DNA from: Eimeria praecox
Taxonomy: Eukaryota
Assembly (NCBI GenBank): GCA_963920595.1
Contig: OY986947.1
Location: 4,464,001 to 4,528,000 of the forward strand
Reading direction: 5' to 3'
Length of the DNA: 64,000 nucleotides
In this document: positions 25,523 to 38,820 of the stretch, one piece after another
Layout of the letters: the number at the start of each line of letters is the position of its first letter
Numbering within the stretch: position 1 is the stretch's first letter
Position numbers and translations under genes: made by a program
Notes under the pieces: model-generated
Told to the model about the DNA's origin: nothing
Database searches by the model: none
Seen by the model: only the letters and a program-made list of their open reading frames with translations

Positions 25523-27166
25523 TGAAGGTGTCCAGGAGGAGGCGCCTCAAGCAACCTACTAAATCGAGGAAGAAATGAATGGGGTCGATAGAGGCAGCGC
25601 AGGAACCCGGTGGTGAATACACGCCACTAAACACTAATTAGAAGAATCTAAGAGAGCTTGGCTAGACAGCTTGTTGTTATTCACAAGCCATCAGCTAGAA
25701 TAAGGTGAATCGTAACAGCCCCAATGCATCGATAGCCTAAGAGCAAACACTGGTGGCGGCCGCTCTCCCCAGCACCCGATTGTGAAAACCCCAGATGAAG
25801 TGCACCATCAACATAAAATATCCGTAAAACTTCCTCGGAATATTCCCATCAAGGCAACTTTTGTTACTGCGAAGAAGAACTGAACGGGCTGCTGGCTGCG
25901 GGGCCGTAGTGAAGGGGAACCGAATCAGTTAGCTGGGCTTTACTAAATGGACATCTTCAATACCACACGGAAGTTTTGTTATTTCTTTAAAACATACGCG
26001 CATAATGCGATACCCAATACTAACGAAGAGAAACGCCGTGCATGCAGCATTCAAGGCCAGCAGCCCCACAGCAGTGTTTGTATCAATATGTAATCCTACG
26101 TCCATGGCACGGTGAACACAACTGGATGCCTTGACAAATCCACAACTAAGCACATTTAACTAGAAACATGTTTCCATTACAAACTATCTACATTTCAGAA
26201 AATGGATAGATGGAAATAGTGGGTCGTGCAGCTGGAAGACAGCCCATTTTCTATGGAGCAGCTACTCCTTGTTGCTGTTCAGCTAGCTTGGGCGCGAATT
26301 GTCAGAGTAACCGAAACAGTATGCGGCTTTGTTTCTGTGGACATTCTGAGATCCCACCGGCATTCCTCCCCCCTCACTACTGTGGAGCATTGTGTCACCT
26401 CACGGCTACCGGCCTAAGAAGTAACAGCGCTCTATGGCCTTCTATAGCTATCTCGGGCACATGGCTACCGACTGAACGTACACTTTCTGCTTAGCTCGTA
26501 CGCTGGACTGCCTCCCTAATCCCCCCCGCCATGCAGCAATATACCTCCCTGCACCCTGTACTCGTGTCTCCTCCGCATTACAAAAATATTGCTGAAATAT
26601 TTGTTTGCCTCCTCGTAAGGGGAGCAGTCATAAAATGCTCGCTGGCCTTTACTTCGGAAGGCTAGACTCAGCAGGTTGTGTTTGCTTTGTCCCCTTCCCA
26701 AACCGTAGCAGGAGCCAAAGCAATCTAACATGAACGGGGTCTGCCGGGGATCATCCCCCACCGGGGAACCAGAGCCCCAGCTAACTTCCCGTTACCAAGC
26801 ATCTGCAGCGAGGCAGAGCTTACTCCACTAGGGAGTACAAGAAGCTAACTGTAAGATGAAGGCAGCACACGAAGCCGTAGCCGGCGGCAGCTAGGCGACG
26901 GGTCGGCTGCTATTACTAATGCAAACCGAAGAGCTGATACGGACCCTCTGATATGTTGCCACAGACACGCATATGAGGCAGAATTGCTGCATCCCAGCCC
27001 TTCAGAAAGCACTGCCTCCTTCAAAATGCCCCCCACGCAACTGCCATGTTCGGGTTGCTGGTGGGTAAATGTAAAAAAATGCACCTCTGCAAATGAAATG
27101 GGCTGGGTACGCAGGAGGCGGATGTGACGAGAAAGCGGTGGAAGTACATTTCGGAATGGGTGGGTA

Positions 27167-28285
27167 TTAAAAGGAAGTGAAGATGATGGCCAGCCATGGA
27201 GCCACGTGCGCCTTAATTAAATTGTCTGAGGCCGCGAGCTGGCCCGCTTTGATGAGGAAGGCGAGTCCCTCGTATATTCGGTTTTCTTCTGCGTGCGCCC
27301 TTGCTGAGGGTTCTGAAGAGAAGAGTACCTCTGCTGATGCAGCAGTTAAGTATTCGCTGCTTGCTGCCCTGCTGCGGACGGCCAGCAGCAGTCTCATTAG
27401 GCTGTCCTTCAAGGCGGGGTCGGATCCCAGCTGGTCATTCACCACAGCTGCCTCCCATAAGTCCACTGCCTTCGCCTGCTGGCGCCTAATCTGCATGTTG
27501 CGCTGGAACCTGAGAGCCATTTCCTCTGTGTAGCCCCCCCCGTGGCCAGCGCGGGTGTCGTCAATCGCTAGTTTCGCCTCCACCGCTGCGTTCTCTAGAC
27601 AAACTAAGTCCATGGCCAAAAGGAGGCGAAGCGTTTCTTCGTTCATGTATGTGCCTTCAAAAACAGAAGGGGGCATCTCCGCCACGCGATCCAACGCAGC
27701 CATGAACTCCTCACGCACAGAATCCCATTCAGCACCCCGCACCGTTAACAACAGGCCGTGGTCACTCGTATGCTTCAGCGAAAGGAATGTGTCAAGCAAA
27801 TTGGGGGTTACAGGCAACTTCGTCCCATCGGCTACATCCATTAGAGTTGCATCGGGGGCCCCAAATGCCACTGGATCCTGCTGCTGGTGCTGCTGGTGCT
27901 GTTGGTGCCCTCCCGCTGCTTCCTGTTCATGGGTTGCCAGCACATCAAATGGCTGCTGCCTCTGCGTCCGGTGCAGTTTGTATACCGCGAATGGAACACT
28001 CATGGAAAGCAGGAGCAGGCCGAGGATCGCTGCCCCCGTCATCCGTCCTGTCACACCCTCACCCAGTCCCCAGGAAGCAGTTAAAGACTTTTTGTATCGG
28101 GATGCCCGCCCCCGCTTTTCTCCGCGGATTTCAGAAAGCGGCGGGTTTTCATCACTTGACGCATCGAGCCTCAGCTCTCTGTCGCCACCGCGGTTGTTCG
28201 CCTTCACGGACCCGGGTCGGCCACCGGCGCGATCTTTCTCCAAAACGGACTTAACGGTGTCAACTGTAGGCGTTTCCACCGCCAT
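27167..28285 (-). CDS. Single-exon ~372-aa protein with one internal transmembrane helix; lineage-specific hypothetical
   Basis: Long ORF from the ATG at 28285. Hydrophobic AAILGLLLLSMSVPFAVY follows a basic N-terminus and precedes a helical C-terminal region. Confidence 0.7.
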   Translation of the reverse strand: MAVETPTVDTVKSVLEKDRAGGRPGSVKANNRGGDRELRLDASSDENPPLSEIRGEKRGRASRYKKSLTASWGLGEGVTGRMTGAAILGLLLLSMSVPFAVYKLHRTQRQQPFDVLATHEQEAAGGHQQHQQHQQQDPVAFGAPDATLMDVADGTKLPVTPNLLDTFLSLKHTSDHGLLLTVRGAEWDSVREEFMAALDRVAEMPPSVFEGTYMNEETLRLLLAMDLVCLENAAVEAKLAIDDTRAGHGGGYTEEMALRFQRNMQIRRQQAKAVDLWEAAVVNDQLGSDPALKDSLMRLLLAVRSRAASSEYLTAASAEVLFSSEPSARAHAEENRIYEGLAFLIKAGQLAASDNLIKAHVAPWLAIIFTSF

Positions 28286-28918
28286 TTTCCCTTTCACTAT
28301 CAGTTTGAACACAAAGAGCGGCTTAAATCCTCAACAAACAGACTAAATTGAGCGAGCTGCTCCTCCGGCGCACCGCCATGCCCAACGCTCCCCAGTGGGG
28401 AACGGCTTCCGCCAGACAACGATACCCACAATGTTTCAGTTCTCCACAAAACAAAAGCATGAAAAGCTAATTAAAATAATGAAGGAATATGATGGGGCTG
28501 TCCCCTCATGACAGCTGCTCTGCGTAGCAGCCCCATAGAAGTATCGTAGCGCTCCCGCAAATCCAAGGCGAGGGCGGTAGAAAGCATTTGAGGACGACGA
28601 TTTTTAGGGTTTTGATTATCCCTGTGGTTTCGTTTGTGTACTAAGCCGTTATCGTTCTTAGGACGTAATATTAAACAGAAACTGCTGGGAGTCGTGCAGG
28701 AACCATAAGGCGGGTGTGGAGGCAACTGCTCTTGACTTCCTTAGGGACACCTGACTAGTCCCTGCAAAGACCTCTTAAAATACGTTTCTCAGATCTCGTT
28801 GAATGCAGCAAGGAAAAATGCATGCAGTTGCGCCCGTTTGGTAGGTGGGAACCTCAGTAGTGTCTCGAGGATCTCAACTCAACGTTAGGTGGCGAAGGAG
28901 GCCGCTTCATTCGTAGCA

Positions 28919-31204
28919 ATGCTATCTCTGCGCTATAAATCCAGGCGTGTTGATTCTAGAGAAGCGCCCCATCTGGGTCTCCGTAAAGGTGGACACTTCT
29001 TGGGGGTGGGCCAGCAGCGCCGTGATCTGAATTTAGATCGCACTAGTGGCGGTCAGGTGAACGAGACACGTAAGACCACAAGCGGCCCAGATAAGAAGAT
29101 TAGGCATCAGCAACAGGAGCGGCAACAGCAGCAGCAACAGCAGGGGGGAGCCTCGGAATCTGCGCACACATCCGACAGTATACACAGGGCGGCACAACAC
29201 TCCAGCGCGGGGAGCCCACATGGCAATAGTGGGGAATTTGGCGTCTTCGGACCCAGAAAGAATAAGAAGAGAAGGAAACAGAAGGAGCATTTAACTGGGG
29301 AAGAGGCTGGAGACGGCGGAAGATGCCAGGAGCGCAAGCATTTGAACTCTGACAAGAAGAGAAATTTGACCCAGCGGGCAGCCCAACTAAACAACAGTGA
29401 ACTTCCGCCTTCTTCTAAGGAGAAGAAGGCGAAGGTGAGCAAGTGCGAACACGAGCAAACGCAGCATCACCAACAGCAAGAGCGGCAGCTGTTGCTGGTG
29501 AAGCAGTTCTCACAACGAGGAGCAGCAGCGAGCTCCGCTTCAGGTGTTGTCGATCGCTTGCAAGGCGGCCGCTTTCGATCTTTGAATGAATTTCTCTACA
29601 CCAAAAAGGGGAATGAAGCTTTTGCAAAATACCAGAAGGAGCCCGAATTATTTGATATTGTTAGTAATGCACAACCCATTGACTTGGCCGCGCGCTTCCT
29701 CCGTTTTTCCATAAATACTAACAGACTAAGCCGTTGCTAGAGACAGCTCTGCGCGCCACAGGTGGATACAGGTGCTGTGAGCGTAAGAGGTGCTAGTGGT
29801 GCTGTTGCTGCTATGTTTCGTGTGGGTCTTTCAGTACCATGCGGGCTACCGGGCACAAGTGCGCCGTTGGCCGCTGAATCCATTGGACCGCGTTGCCGCG
29901 TGGCTGTCAAAGAAACCGAAGGAATGGATGTGAGTTGGTGAGGGCTCAGAGTTCTGTTGGGTGCACGTGCGAAGGTATCCAGACATCGAAAAAGTCAAGA
30001 AGCTTCAGTTTCCCACTTTTTCTTCCATTTTGCATCGTTTGCAGAGTCGGAGACTTCGGCTGCGGAGAGGCGGCTCTCGCCTTGCGCTTTCCAGAGAGGT
30101 AAATGGAAGGTGGCCGAATGCTTAGCTGGAGGAGCCTGCGTCATGTATTCCCGAGGTTATTCTGTGCAGCTTCAGGGGACCGTGTGGGACACCACGCCAG
30201 GTTCGTGTAACAGTCTACTCCACCCACAATTTTGTCCATAGAGGTAGAACCTGCGCTTGGCATTTTTTGCTTTTCATAGGACATTTTATTCTTTTGATTT
30301 GGTGGCGGCGAACGAGCGGATCACGGCTTGCGACATTTCAAGTGTATGTCTACGTCGACACCATGTGGAAGCGGACGGCTTCCCGGCGTATGAAAATCAA
30401 ATGAGACATATTAAGCGCTCCTCGTAAACATGCTATGCTCGCCCACGTTGCAGGAGGAAAGCTGTACTTGGTGGACAGCTTGCTGTGTTCACTTGTGAAC
30501 TGCAGGTGCCTCTCCCTGACGCCAGTTTAGATGTGGCGGTGTTTTGTTTGAGTTTGATGGGTGAGGACTGGCCGGTTTTCTTGAAGGAGGCACGCAGAGT
30601 CCTCAGGAGCAGGTATGAGTGCGGAAACCTTTAGGCTAGAGCAGTCGCCGTATGCATCCTGTGTAGCCTTTCCTTCAACAGTAGAGGCTGCCGCAGCAGT
30701 ACGTGGTCACTGGCGGGCGGCGGCTGCCGTAGTGTGCTAGTGTGCTTTAGAGAACCCTTCAACTTGACTCTTGTACTTGCTTTAAAAATGCATGACCTTT
30801 GCTGGAGCGGCAGTTGGGCTGTGCTGACACCAGACGGAATAAGCTTTCTTCGTGCCATTGTTTCTGCAGCGGCAATTTGATCATAGCAGAGGTCTCTTCT
30901 CGCATTGCATCTTTGCCTGCGTTCGTTGCCGCTGTCGAGAGCTTAGGGTTCAGGAACGTCAAGCAGGTGCGTCTTTCACCTCGTTGTTCTCAGTCCGGCT
31001 TACAGCTTCGGCTTCTATGTGTGCACTTGTTTGGATTGCAAGAGGCGACCGTGTATTCCGTCATCCTCTTTTTTCTCTCTGCAGAAAGATTTGGCGTCTT
31101 TTTTTGTACTGCTAGTATTTAAAGTGGAGAAAAAGCAACCAAAGGTGGAGCTTAAACAACTTTCTCCTCGCCTGCTGCAGCCTTGTCTCTATAAGCGCCG
31201 CTAG
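28919..31204 (+). CDS. RRP8: Ribosomal RNA-processing protein 8 (25S/28S rRNA m1A methyltransferase, nucleomethylin)
   Basis: [74 protein letters not shown]-terminal LQPCLYKRR*. Confidence 0.95.
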
Positions 31205-31354
31205 CTGGCGTATGCACAAGCCGCACCATTTAGAACGCAGCACCAGCAGCAGGTGATGCTGCTGTATTTTAATGTACCGAGCAGGCAACAGAAGTTAGCA
31301 TACTCTGTTCCGCCTGCTTCCCAGGGTGAACCTACACTTAAAATGAATTTTGAC

Positions 31355-32502
31355 TTAGTTTGCTGCATGCGTGCTGGCGCTGCCAGCTGCGTGTAGTGGC
31401 GAATTTTTTTGTTTGTCGTCTTTCGCTCCTGGATGAGCCGAGCGGAACTGTTCATAGGCAATGGAATCTTTGGGATAGGTGAAATGCATAAGTCCGTACT
31501 GCAAGCAGAGCAAAGCGAAACGGAGCAAAATGAAACAGTAGTGGATAACATATTCCAAAAGCATCAACGCAGAGGGCAATGAACACTCGGAGGCCTCTTA
31601 GAACAAAGACAGCCACTGCAAATAGCACTGGAGAGGGGAGAGGAAGGCGGGAGATGGAGTAGCTCGCTGGTGTTGCTTTTGCTAATGAGAGCAACTAGCA
31701 TGGGGGAACCCACCAAAAAGAAGCAAACTGTCCAAGGGAAGGCAGTGGCCACCAGCAACGCGTTCGCCAAGGCCTGCAACATTACAAGGAAGTTCGGAGC
31801 ACTTCTGTCTGCCTATACAATTCATGTAATATCTCTCTTAGGCCTGCCTACACGACGGCAGGAAAAGCCTGTCGACAACTAAAAGCCAGAGCCGTGCAGC
31901 ATGCAGCATGCAGCTGTTGGGACGCTCTTTGGGTTTAGGAGAGAGGGTTGCTGTGTTACACGTTTCCTCACATCTGTATTTCTCTGGGTGTCTGCTGCCG
32001 CGTGGGAAGGAACCCCTGTTTTGTACCCAAAAATCGACTCCGCTGCAGCCGAGCAAAGTCCACAAAGGGAAGAGAGTGCATTCGTCATTCTGAATTGAAC
32101 GAGGAGTTTTCTGCAATTCTTTGATTATGGTTCTCGGTGTCTTTTTTCAGCATTTGGCTACACTAACGGTGTACGACTACTGCCCACTTAAGTGCGTGCA
32201 TTTGTGTAACTGTGCATTTCAAGATATTTACCCAGTAGAGCAATCACCGGGGAGCCCAACAAAGCCGACACGCTGCCCTCTATTGCAATTTGAGTGGCGA
32301 ACACTGTCGCTCGAGAATCAGGCTCCACGATTTCTGATAAGATAGGTCGATTTACTCCGCTGGGGCACCATGATATTGCGAAGCCTGAAGAAAATCAAAT
32401 GACCCGTGAAGTAGTAAGTTCTGATGGGAGCAATATCTTGTACACCGCCGGGATTACAGAGGAGCAAACAGTCTTGATGAAACATCGCAGATAATGCATG
32501 CA

Positions 32503-32556
<54 letters not shown>

Positions 32557-35022
32557 CGTAATATGTGCCTTTGAAGGCAGGTGATACACAACGCTGACTG
32601 GCTTTAGAGATCATGTTCACGTTTCAAGTTGGTTCCCTAAGTGTTGCTAGTACCTTTATAATGCTTGCGTACCGAGGAAAAGCATGTCTATTGCATACAG
32701 TCCGAAGAACTCTGGCCTCCTGGGGATACCCAGCAAGCCAATGTAGATGAGGGGTAGGGCCAAGAGGGTGCCGAGCTGTCCCACAAGAGGCCGCCCGTGG
32801 AAAGCGTTGAATCTTTCTGCTTGATCTCCTAGCCAACCTCCGAAGAGAGAACCCAGAAGACCTCCAACCAAAGGGCAAGCTGTGAGGAGAGAGGCTTGCC
32901 AGTCCGGCATTCCTACGTACTGGAAGTAAAGAGTGTAGAACTGAAAGGCGTGCAGCGGAATGTAGCCGCATATGCCCTGCAGAAGCAGCAGCAAGAACGT
33001 CCGGCTGAGCGCAGCGCGACAGAAGTTGTTGCACTGACGGTAGAGCTCATAAAATGCACTTTCATGGCTTTTTCGAACCCTATTCAATGCCAAAGCTTCG
33101 TTCCTTTCATCTATTTTTGCTACTGGGTGACGACGCGGCTCCTTCGCAACGACCTGCACCAGCGCTGCTGCAAACAGTGACAAAACACCTGCCGTGAAGA
33201 AAGCGACTCGCCAACCCTGCAACAGTAGAAATAGCAGCATTTTAACAAAGAAGTAACAGATAAAACTCAAGCGAAATTTACAGTCAGGCGGATAGGCATT
33301 GTAAGAGACCAACAACCTGAATAATACTGCAAGCCAAGAAGTGTCTGAAACACGATTTGCAGTATTATTCAAGTGTTCACATCAACAGAGCTGGGGAAGT
33401 GTGTACACGCAACTTGAAACTTCCATGAAGCACGGGTCACACTTCTGTTCTAGCTACAGTGACCTGATCTGCTCATGAGTCTTATAAAGTTTGGAGAAAA
33501 TATTAAAGGAGGAAGACTCGTGGAGATGGATGGTTCCTTTTCTGTCAAGGGTTTGCTCAGTCAATGTTTGGATGGCTTGACGCACCTTCACGCCCTCTAT
33601 GACAGTTATGCTGGCAAGAGAACCGCCCAACATTGCGCCCAGAATACACCCTGAAAAAAGCATTTCGATAAGCGGAGACACCATCTCTTATTCCCAGATA
33701 CAGCTGTATTTTCGTCTAATAGGCTGAGAAATGTTCCTTCGACGCATTTAGGTGTCTCTTTGGCCCCCTTGAGCGAGCGCATGCAAGTACTAAAAAGCAG
33801 TGCTACTGCGGGAATAGCCAGTAGGAATTATAAGGGTTTAGGCTTTTGGCTTACCAGCGCATAGGAACAACTGAAGCCAGCCGAAGTGTTCGCCCCGCAT
33901 TGTGGGGGGGAATAGGTCGGCTATGAGCGACTGTGCCACAGGGCCAATGCTGCGCAGTCGCAAATTTGTGGACAGATTGTCTCTGAGAAGCCCCGCAGCA
34001 GCGGTACCCGGACTAGTGCAAGCAGCAACGCCTGCAACAGCAGCAGATACCGGCTAGTGGCTGCGTGAGATGTTGAGCTCGTTTCCATATCTCGCTACCA
34101 TTAAAGTTAACGTTCACCTGGCCATGGCCACCCCGTTGAGCACTTTCAAAAGCGCGAACTGCCAGAAGAAAGTGGAGCTCGCCAGAAAAATCGCCACCGT
34201 TCCCCAACCGGCGCATCCTAAGGACAAAAGTCTCACGCGGGATGTCCTGTCAGCCAGCAGCCCCCAAAATAATCCTGAGATGGCCTGTGAAACGCTCTGG
34301 AGATGACAGAAGGCAGCAGCGCAGACATACGAAACCAGGAAATGACACATCAATCAGGACTTACGACCGCTTTATTAGCGGCGAGAAGAACAGCCGCCCT
34401 TCAGCCAGCAGCACGCAAGACCAACTAAAGTAGCAAAGGGAAGCAAAAGCCTTTCCTGATAGAATACAAGCGAGCCGAGATCCTGCAGAGCCCAGTGAAA
34501 GTCGGACTGGAGGGCTTTGAAACTAGCGGGCATCAGTTGCATGTCTATTCCCTCAATACCACACACTACATTCAGAACTGAGCAGACAGTACATACGCAT
34601 CAAGCTCCACTGGAAGCCTTCACTGCACGTTGCCTCGCAGCAACTCGGACAGAAGTGGCAAATCTGATGATAAGGCTGGCACCCGCATCTGCCTCACCAG
34701 CTTGAGTCTTTGCAGTAGATGCCCGCAGCTTGAACTCTCGAGCCTTTCGGGCGGTGTTCTGCCCTTCGTCACTAAACAAACAAAACCCAAGCATTCCCAG
34801 ACTATCCGGACCATAGGGCATGGCATCAGGAAAACAACAGTAAATTAGCTTCTGAGACGAGCATATGTTGCGAAATTAGCAACTGGTTTGAAGCATATCG
34901 CGGCTTTTATAGGCTTATCCATCTCACTTTTTATCTTCCCGTCTCCTCAGCAGCCCTCGGCTTTCGCCTGAACCGACCCTGTCGCCGCATGTTACGCTCG
35001 TTCCAGAAGCAGAAGCTTCCAT
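31355..35022 (-). CDS. Major facilitator superfamily transporter (Spinster-like, multi-exon; start tentative)
   Basis: EGIDMQLMPASFKAL; MFS motif A WGLLADRTSRVRLL; GPVAQSLIADLFPPTMRGEHFG; GWRVAFF; GGWLGD; GVNRPILSEIV; YGLMHFTYPKD. Confidence 0.9.
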
Positions 35023-37688
35023 GTTACTGCTGTAGAAAAGTGTTTCTCGATCATGAACTAAACGCACAGCAGGGAAGGCTGCTGGTCCACTTTAGGCATT
35101 CGGCTGCCGGGAGCGGCCGAAGGCCGACGTCGGCAGAGGAAGGGGGACTGAACAGAGGAGATCGCACATCACACTGTTGCCTTTTATCCCACAAATATCA
35201 AAGAAAGCTACATGGAGCAGGAGCTGTGCGCTTAACCACCAAGCTGCACAGCCTGCAATGATCCGACCAGTATGCCTGAAGGCTAGAGCCAGCCAAGCGG
35301 GGTCTGAAACTTGCGTCACTGAGGTCGTTTCGGCTGAGCAAAACTAACTTTCCGGCGATACACTTGATTACTTCAAAATTTAGAAGAAGCATTTGCTGCT
35401 AGAGCAATCGAACGACGCCATCCTTAGGCGAAACAAGGCTCGGACAACCAAACCACCGCTGCGGCCCTGGCGGCCGATCTTTGCTGACCACTCAGGTCGA
35501 AGGGGGTTTGGTTTGCCTGAAAACACTATATTATGTGCAAATATCCACTAGTAAAGTAATCAGGAGCAAGTCATGGAGAATTTACCTGCAGAGAAGTGTG
35601 GGATTTTCCATAATCCTCTCTGCAAGACACACTCAGGGTGACTGACGTGATTTTTGGTGGGGCTACCAGAACGGAGCGAACGCAACCCGAGCACTGTTCC
35701 CTTGAATTGGGCAGCCATTCGCATTTTTAAATATGCAACTTGCTATACACTAATAGTCTGGACGTGATCGTTTTTTCTTCAGTGCAGATGAAGGCATTAA
35801 CACGCAATGCTGGAGTGGCGGGGCCAGTCAGGTGCTGGCAGATGCATGGGCATCTACTCGCATGCTAGCTACTCTGAGTAAAGATGTGAAATAACGTTAA
35901 ACAATTGTATTATGCGCTATAGGTTGCACGAAGGGGGCTCGTGCGTGCATGCTTGCGGGGTTGCCTTGCGGCAGAGTTGTTGGGGGTAGTGCTGCTCTCC
36001 AAGAGAGGCGCTCTCTCCTGGTTCCAGCTCCAGGCCTTTGCCCGCTACTCTCAGGCCCCCTGGATAAAGAAGGGGAGGAGGATGTCAAATACCTTTTGGT
36101 AGGAACAAGGCCCTGGCTGTCCTGATCCGACTGCAGCATACAGCCGTCCTACTGTGGTATGGTTTGTCCAAAATTGGTATATTTACTGCTAATTGTATGC
36201 ATGCCGACCCATAAGGCTCAAATACTCGTTTTACTACAGTATACATCGCATGCTACAGTGTTTGCGCATTTAGCAAAGGGGGGCCTCTTGTGATTGCACG
36301 CATAGAGTGTGGGATGCTGTGCTTGATGCTGATACTCATGAGCCAACTTGCTCGCCCGCTCACCTGCTCACAATTGAGGGTCAATTACGTGTTTACACAA
36401 CGAGGGGTTACAGGCTGTACGTACGTGTGAGGCGGCCGTGCCGCCCTAGCTGCAGCAAGATGCGGTGCAGCCCATGACAAGCTTGCCCGTGTCCCAACCA
36501 GCCCAGACTTTGGAGCAGCTGTGCGGAAGACGCCTGGAGGCGGGCGGTGAGTGCAGATGTTTTCCCAACTCTTGCTTTAACTCTTTGTCTGCACTGCACT
36601 TCGAGATGGTTCTCTGCTACGATCGAGGAATCGCGTTATACTTGGCTTTACTGCGTGGTTCATCGGGGAAGGCGCAAGCAACGTACGCTATCCCCCGCTG
36701 CATTGTGGCTATTTGCGTAGAAACAACCTTTTGAAAAAGAAGAAAAACTCGAAAAAGCATCAGGAGGGTACCAACAACGGTGGTGGTTGCATCTAATCAA
36801 GGTTTGTGCTTTCCTGGATCATACCACGATCATGCAAGCCTTTCGGGATGCCCTGCGGTGCAGGTTTGTCCCCAAGCCGGAAAGGGAACAGGCTACAGCG
36901 AAACTTCCAGTAACTGACGAACAGAAGTACAATGATGGGCCAGGAACTTCTACATAGTTAGTTCATGGCAAAGCTGTCCCCCATAGAGGAGCAACCCGCA
37001 ACAGGCTGGGCCGTTAATGCAGGGCTATGCGGTGAAGTAGTTGAACTCGCCGAGCTAATGGAGTGCTTTCGCATAAGAGAAGAAAGAATGCCACATTTAC
37101 AGCCCTAGCTGAAAAGGAATACAACAGGTTGGGAGTCGACCGGGACACGGAGCCTATGGGCTATGAATGCCAGACCAGTCCTTACAGTGATCAGACACGG
37201 TAACCGACAGCAGCTAGCGAATTGGGCTCTCAGGAAGCTGGTGTTAACTAACGGGAGACCTAAGGATTTCTTTTGCAATAAGCAAGGTTACATATTCTGA
37301 GATTGCAGACGAATTAAAAGAGCTAAGAAACAAGAGAAGCAGGTTGTAACGTGTCCTCTATAGTATCAGAGGGCCGTCATGATATACAACAGGCTTTGCG
37401 AACTCATTGCTCAAGTCTTGTATTTGAGTTGCTGCCGCGCTGAGTGGGATTTTCGTGAGCACATGAATTTTCGGGTGGGTGTCAAAAGTGTGGTCGCACG
37501 TTGTGCGTATGCAAGCTGATGAGTTTGGGGTTAACGTCGTCCAAAGGCTGAAAGCCTGGTCATCCTCTATGCCTATGCATGTAAGCTGATGAGTTTTGCG
37601 ATGGCATTCTAAAAGTCGTCAAAAGACTGGCCACAATGCGGTGTGTGTATGTTGCTTTTCTCGGGATGATAAATATTTGAGTGGCATA

Positions 37689-37756
37689 CTTAGGTTCGTT
37701 AAAATACTGATCATGATGCGCTCTTAGGTTCGTTAAAAGACTGGTCATGATGCGCT
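37689..37756. repeat. 34-bp tandem duplication (cttaggttcgttaaaa[t/g]actg[a/g]tcatgatgcgct x2), with a related degenerate copy near 37612-37642
   Basis: Directly visible. Confidence 0.85.
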
Positions 37757-38119
37757 GGGCCTACGGACGGAGGGGATCGATGGAATTTTGAGTTCGCATG
37801 GCTTGGATGAGGCATTGAGAGGCTAGCTAGTTGTGCAGCAGAGTCGCAGCTGGGCAGAGCCAAATTGATTGTATCCCAGCCATGTGGAAGGTGAGGAGGG
37901 AAAAACAGATCTTACAACGCAGGCTGAATGCTGAAGGATCGTGTGTCAAGCCTACTATCGCACTTACAATGCCTGGTTGCGCCAATGGTGTCTGCGGTGG
38001 ATGTTACGCCACAATTGCGGGAAACGGCGATTTTGCTCCGCCCATTTCGCGGAGAGGTTTGGTGAAATGATGTTCCCTATGCATTAAAGTGACACGCAAG
38101 TAGCAAATGAGGCGGCGAG

Positions 38120-38820
38120 AAGCGTTGCATAGCCAGCATGGATTCTGACTGACAAGCGTTCAGTCATAACCCAACCGATGGTAACGTTGCGTTTTTCAAC
38201 TAGCCCCATTAATCAAGTAGCTGAACCATCTGTTCCTCTCGTACTAAGTTGGAGTACTGTCGCAGTTCCTGATTTCTCAGTTTGGTAATACTAACCTGTC
38301 TTACGACGGTCTAAAACCCGCTCACGTTCCCTATTGGCGGGTGAACAATCCGACGCTTTGAGAATTTTGCGTCTCAATGATAACAAAAACCGACATCGAA
38401 GGATCTAAAGGCAACGGCTCTATGAACACTTGACTCCCACAAGCCAGTTCCCCCTTTGGTAATTTTTCTGACACCTCTAGCTGAAATTTTCTCTCGATCT
38501 AGATGATCGATAGGCCACGCTTCCACAGTTTGTATTCATACTGAAAACCAAAATCAAGCAAGCTCTTCCCCTGTTAGTTAGCATGAGATTTCTGTTTTCA
38601 CTGAGCTTGCCTTGGGACACTTGCGCTATTGTTTCACAGATGTGCCACGCCACCCCGGCCCAACTCGCCTTCTGACTGTGTCTTCCACATTGATCAGCTC
38701 CCCGAGGAGCCCCTTAAGGCAAAAACATATGTGTCGTATGAGTCTCAACTTGACGGAATAAGTAAAAAGACACCTGCAGTAGCGGTATTTCACTATCGCG
38801 GAAGCTCCCATATTTGCACA
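38120..38820 (-). pseudogene. Decayed 28S (LSU) rRNA fragment covering the 3' domains, including the peptidyl-transferase region
   Basis: The plus strand reads as the reverse complement of conserved eukaryotic LSU blocks: actaacctgtct.acgacggtctaaa, ctcacgttccctatt.g.gggtgaacaatcc, ccgacatcgaagga, cacaagccagtt, gatcgataggccac and gtatttcact...gaagctccca. It carries many substitutions and indels, and no flanking rDNA is present. Confidence 0.9.

Noticed and set aside
36400..37400. Possible decayed gag-like sequence (also RT-like at 38830-39230)
   Set aside because: No convincing CCHC, YxDD or integrase motif in the frames examined; a profile search would be needed.
37689..37756. 34-bp and 57-bp (39648) repeats as a CRISPR-like array
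   Set aside because: Only two adjacent copies, no spacers, no cas genes, and a eukaryotic context.
38120..38820. Functional rRNA gene
   Set aside because: Truncated, mutated in conserved blocks, and lacking 18S, 5.8S and ITS context.
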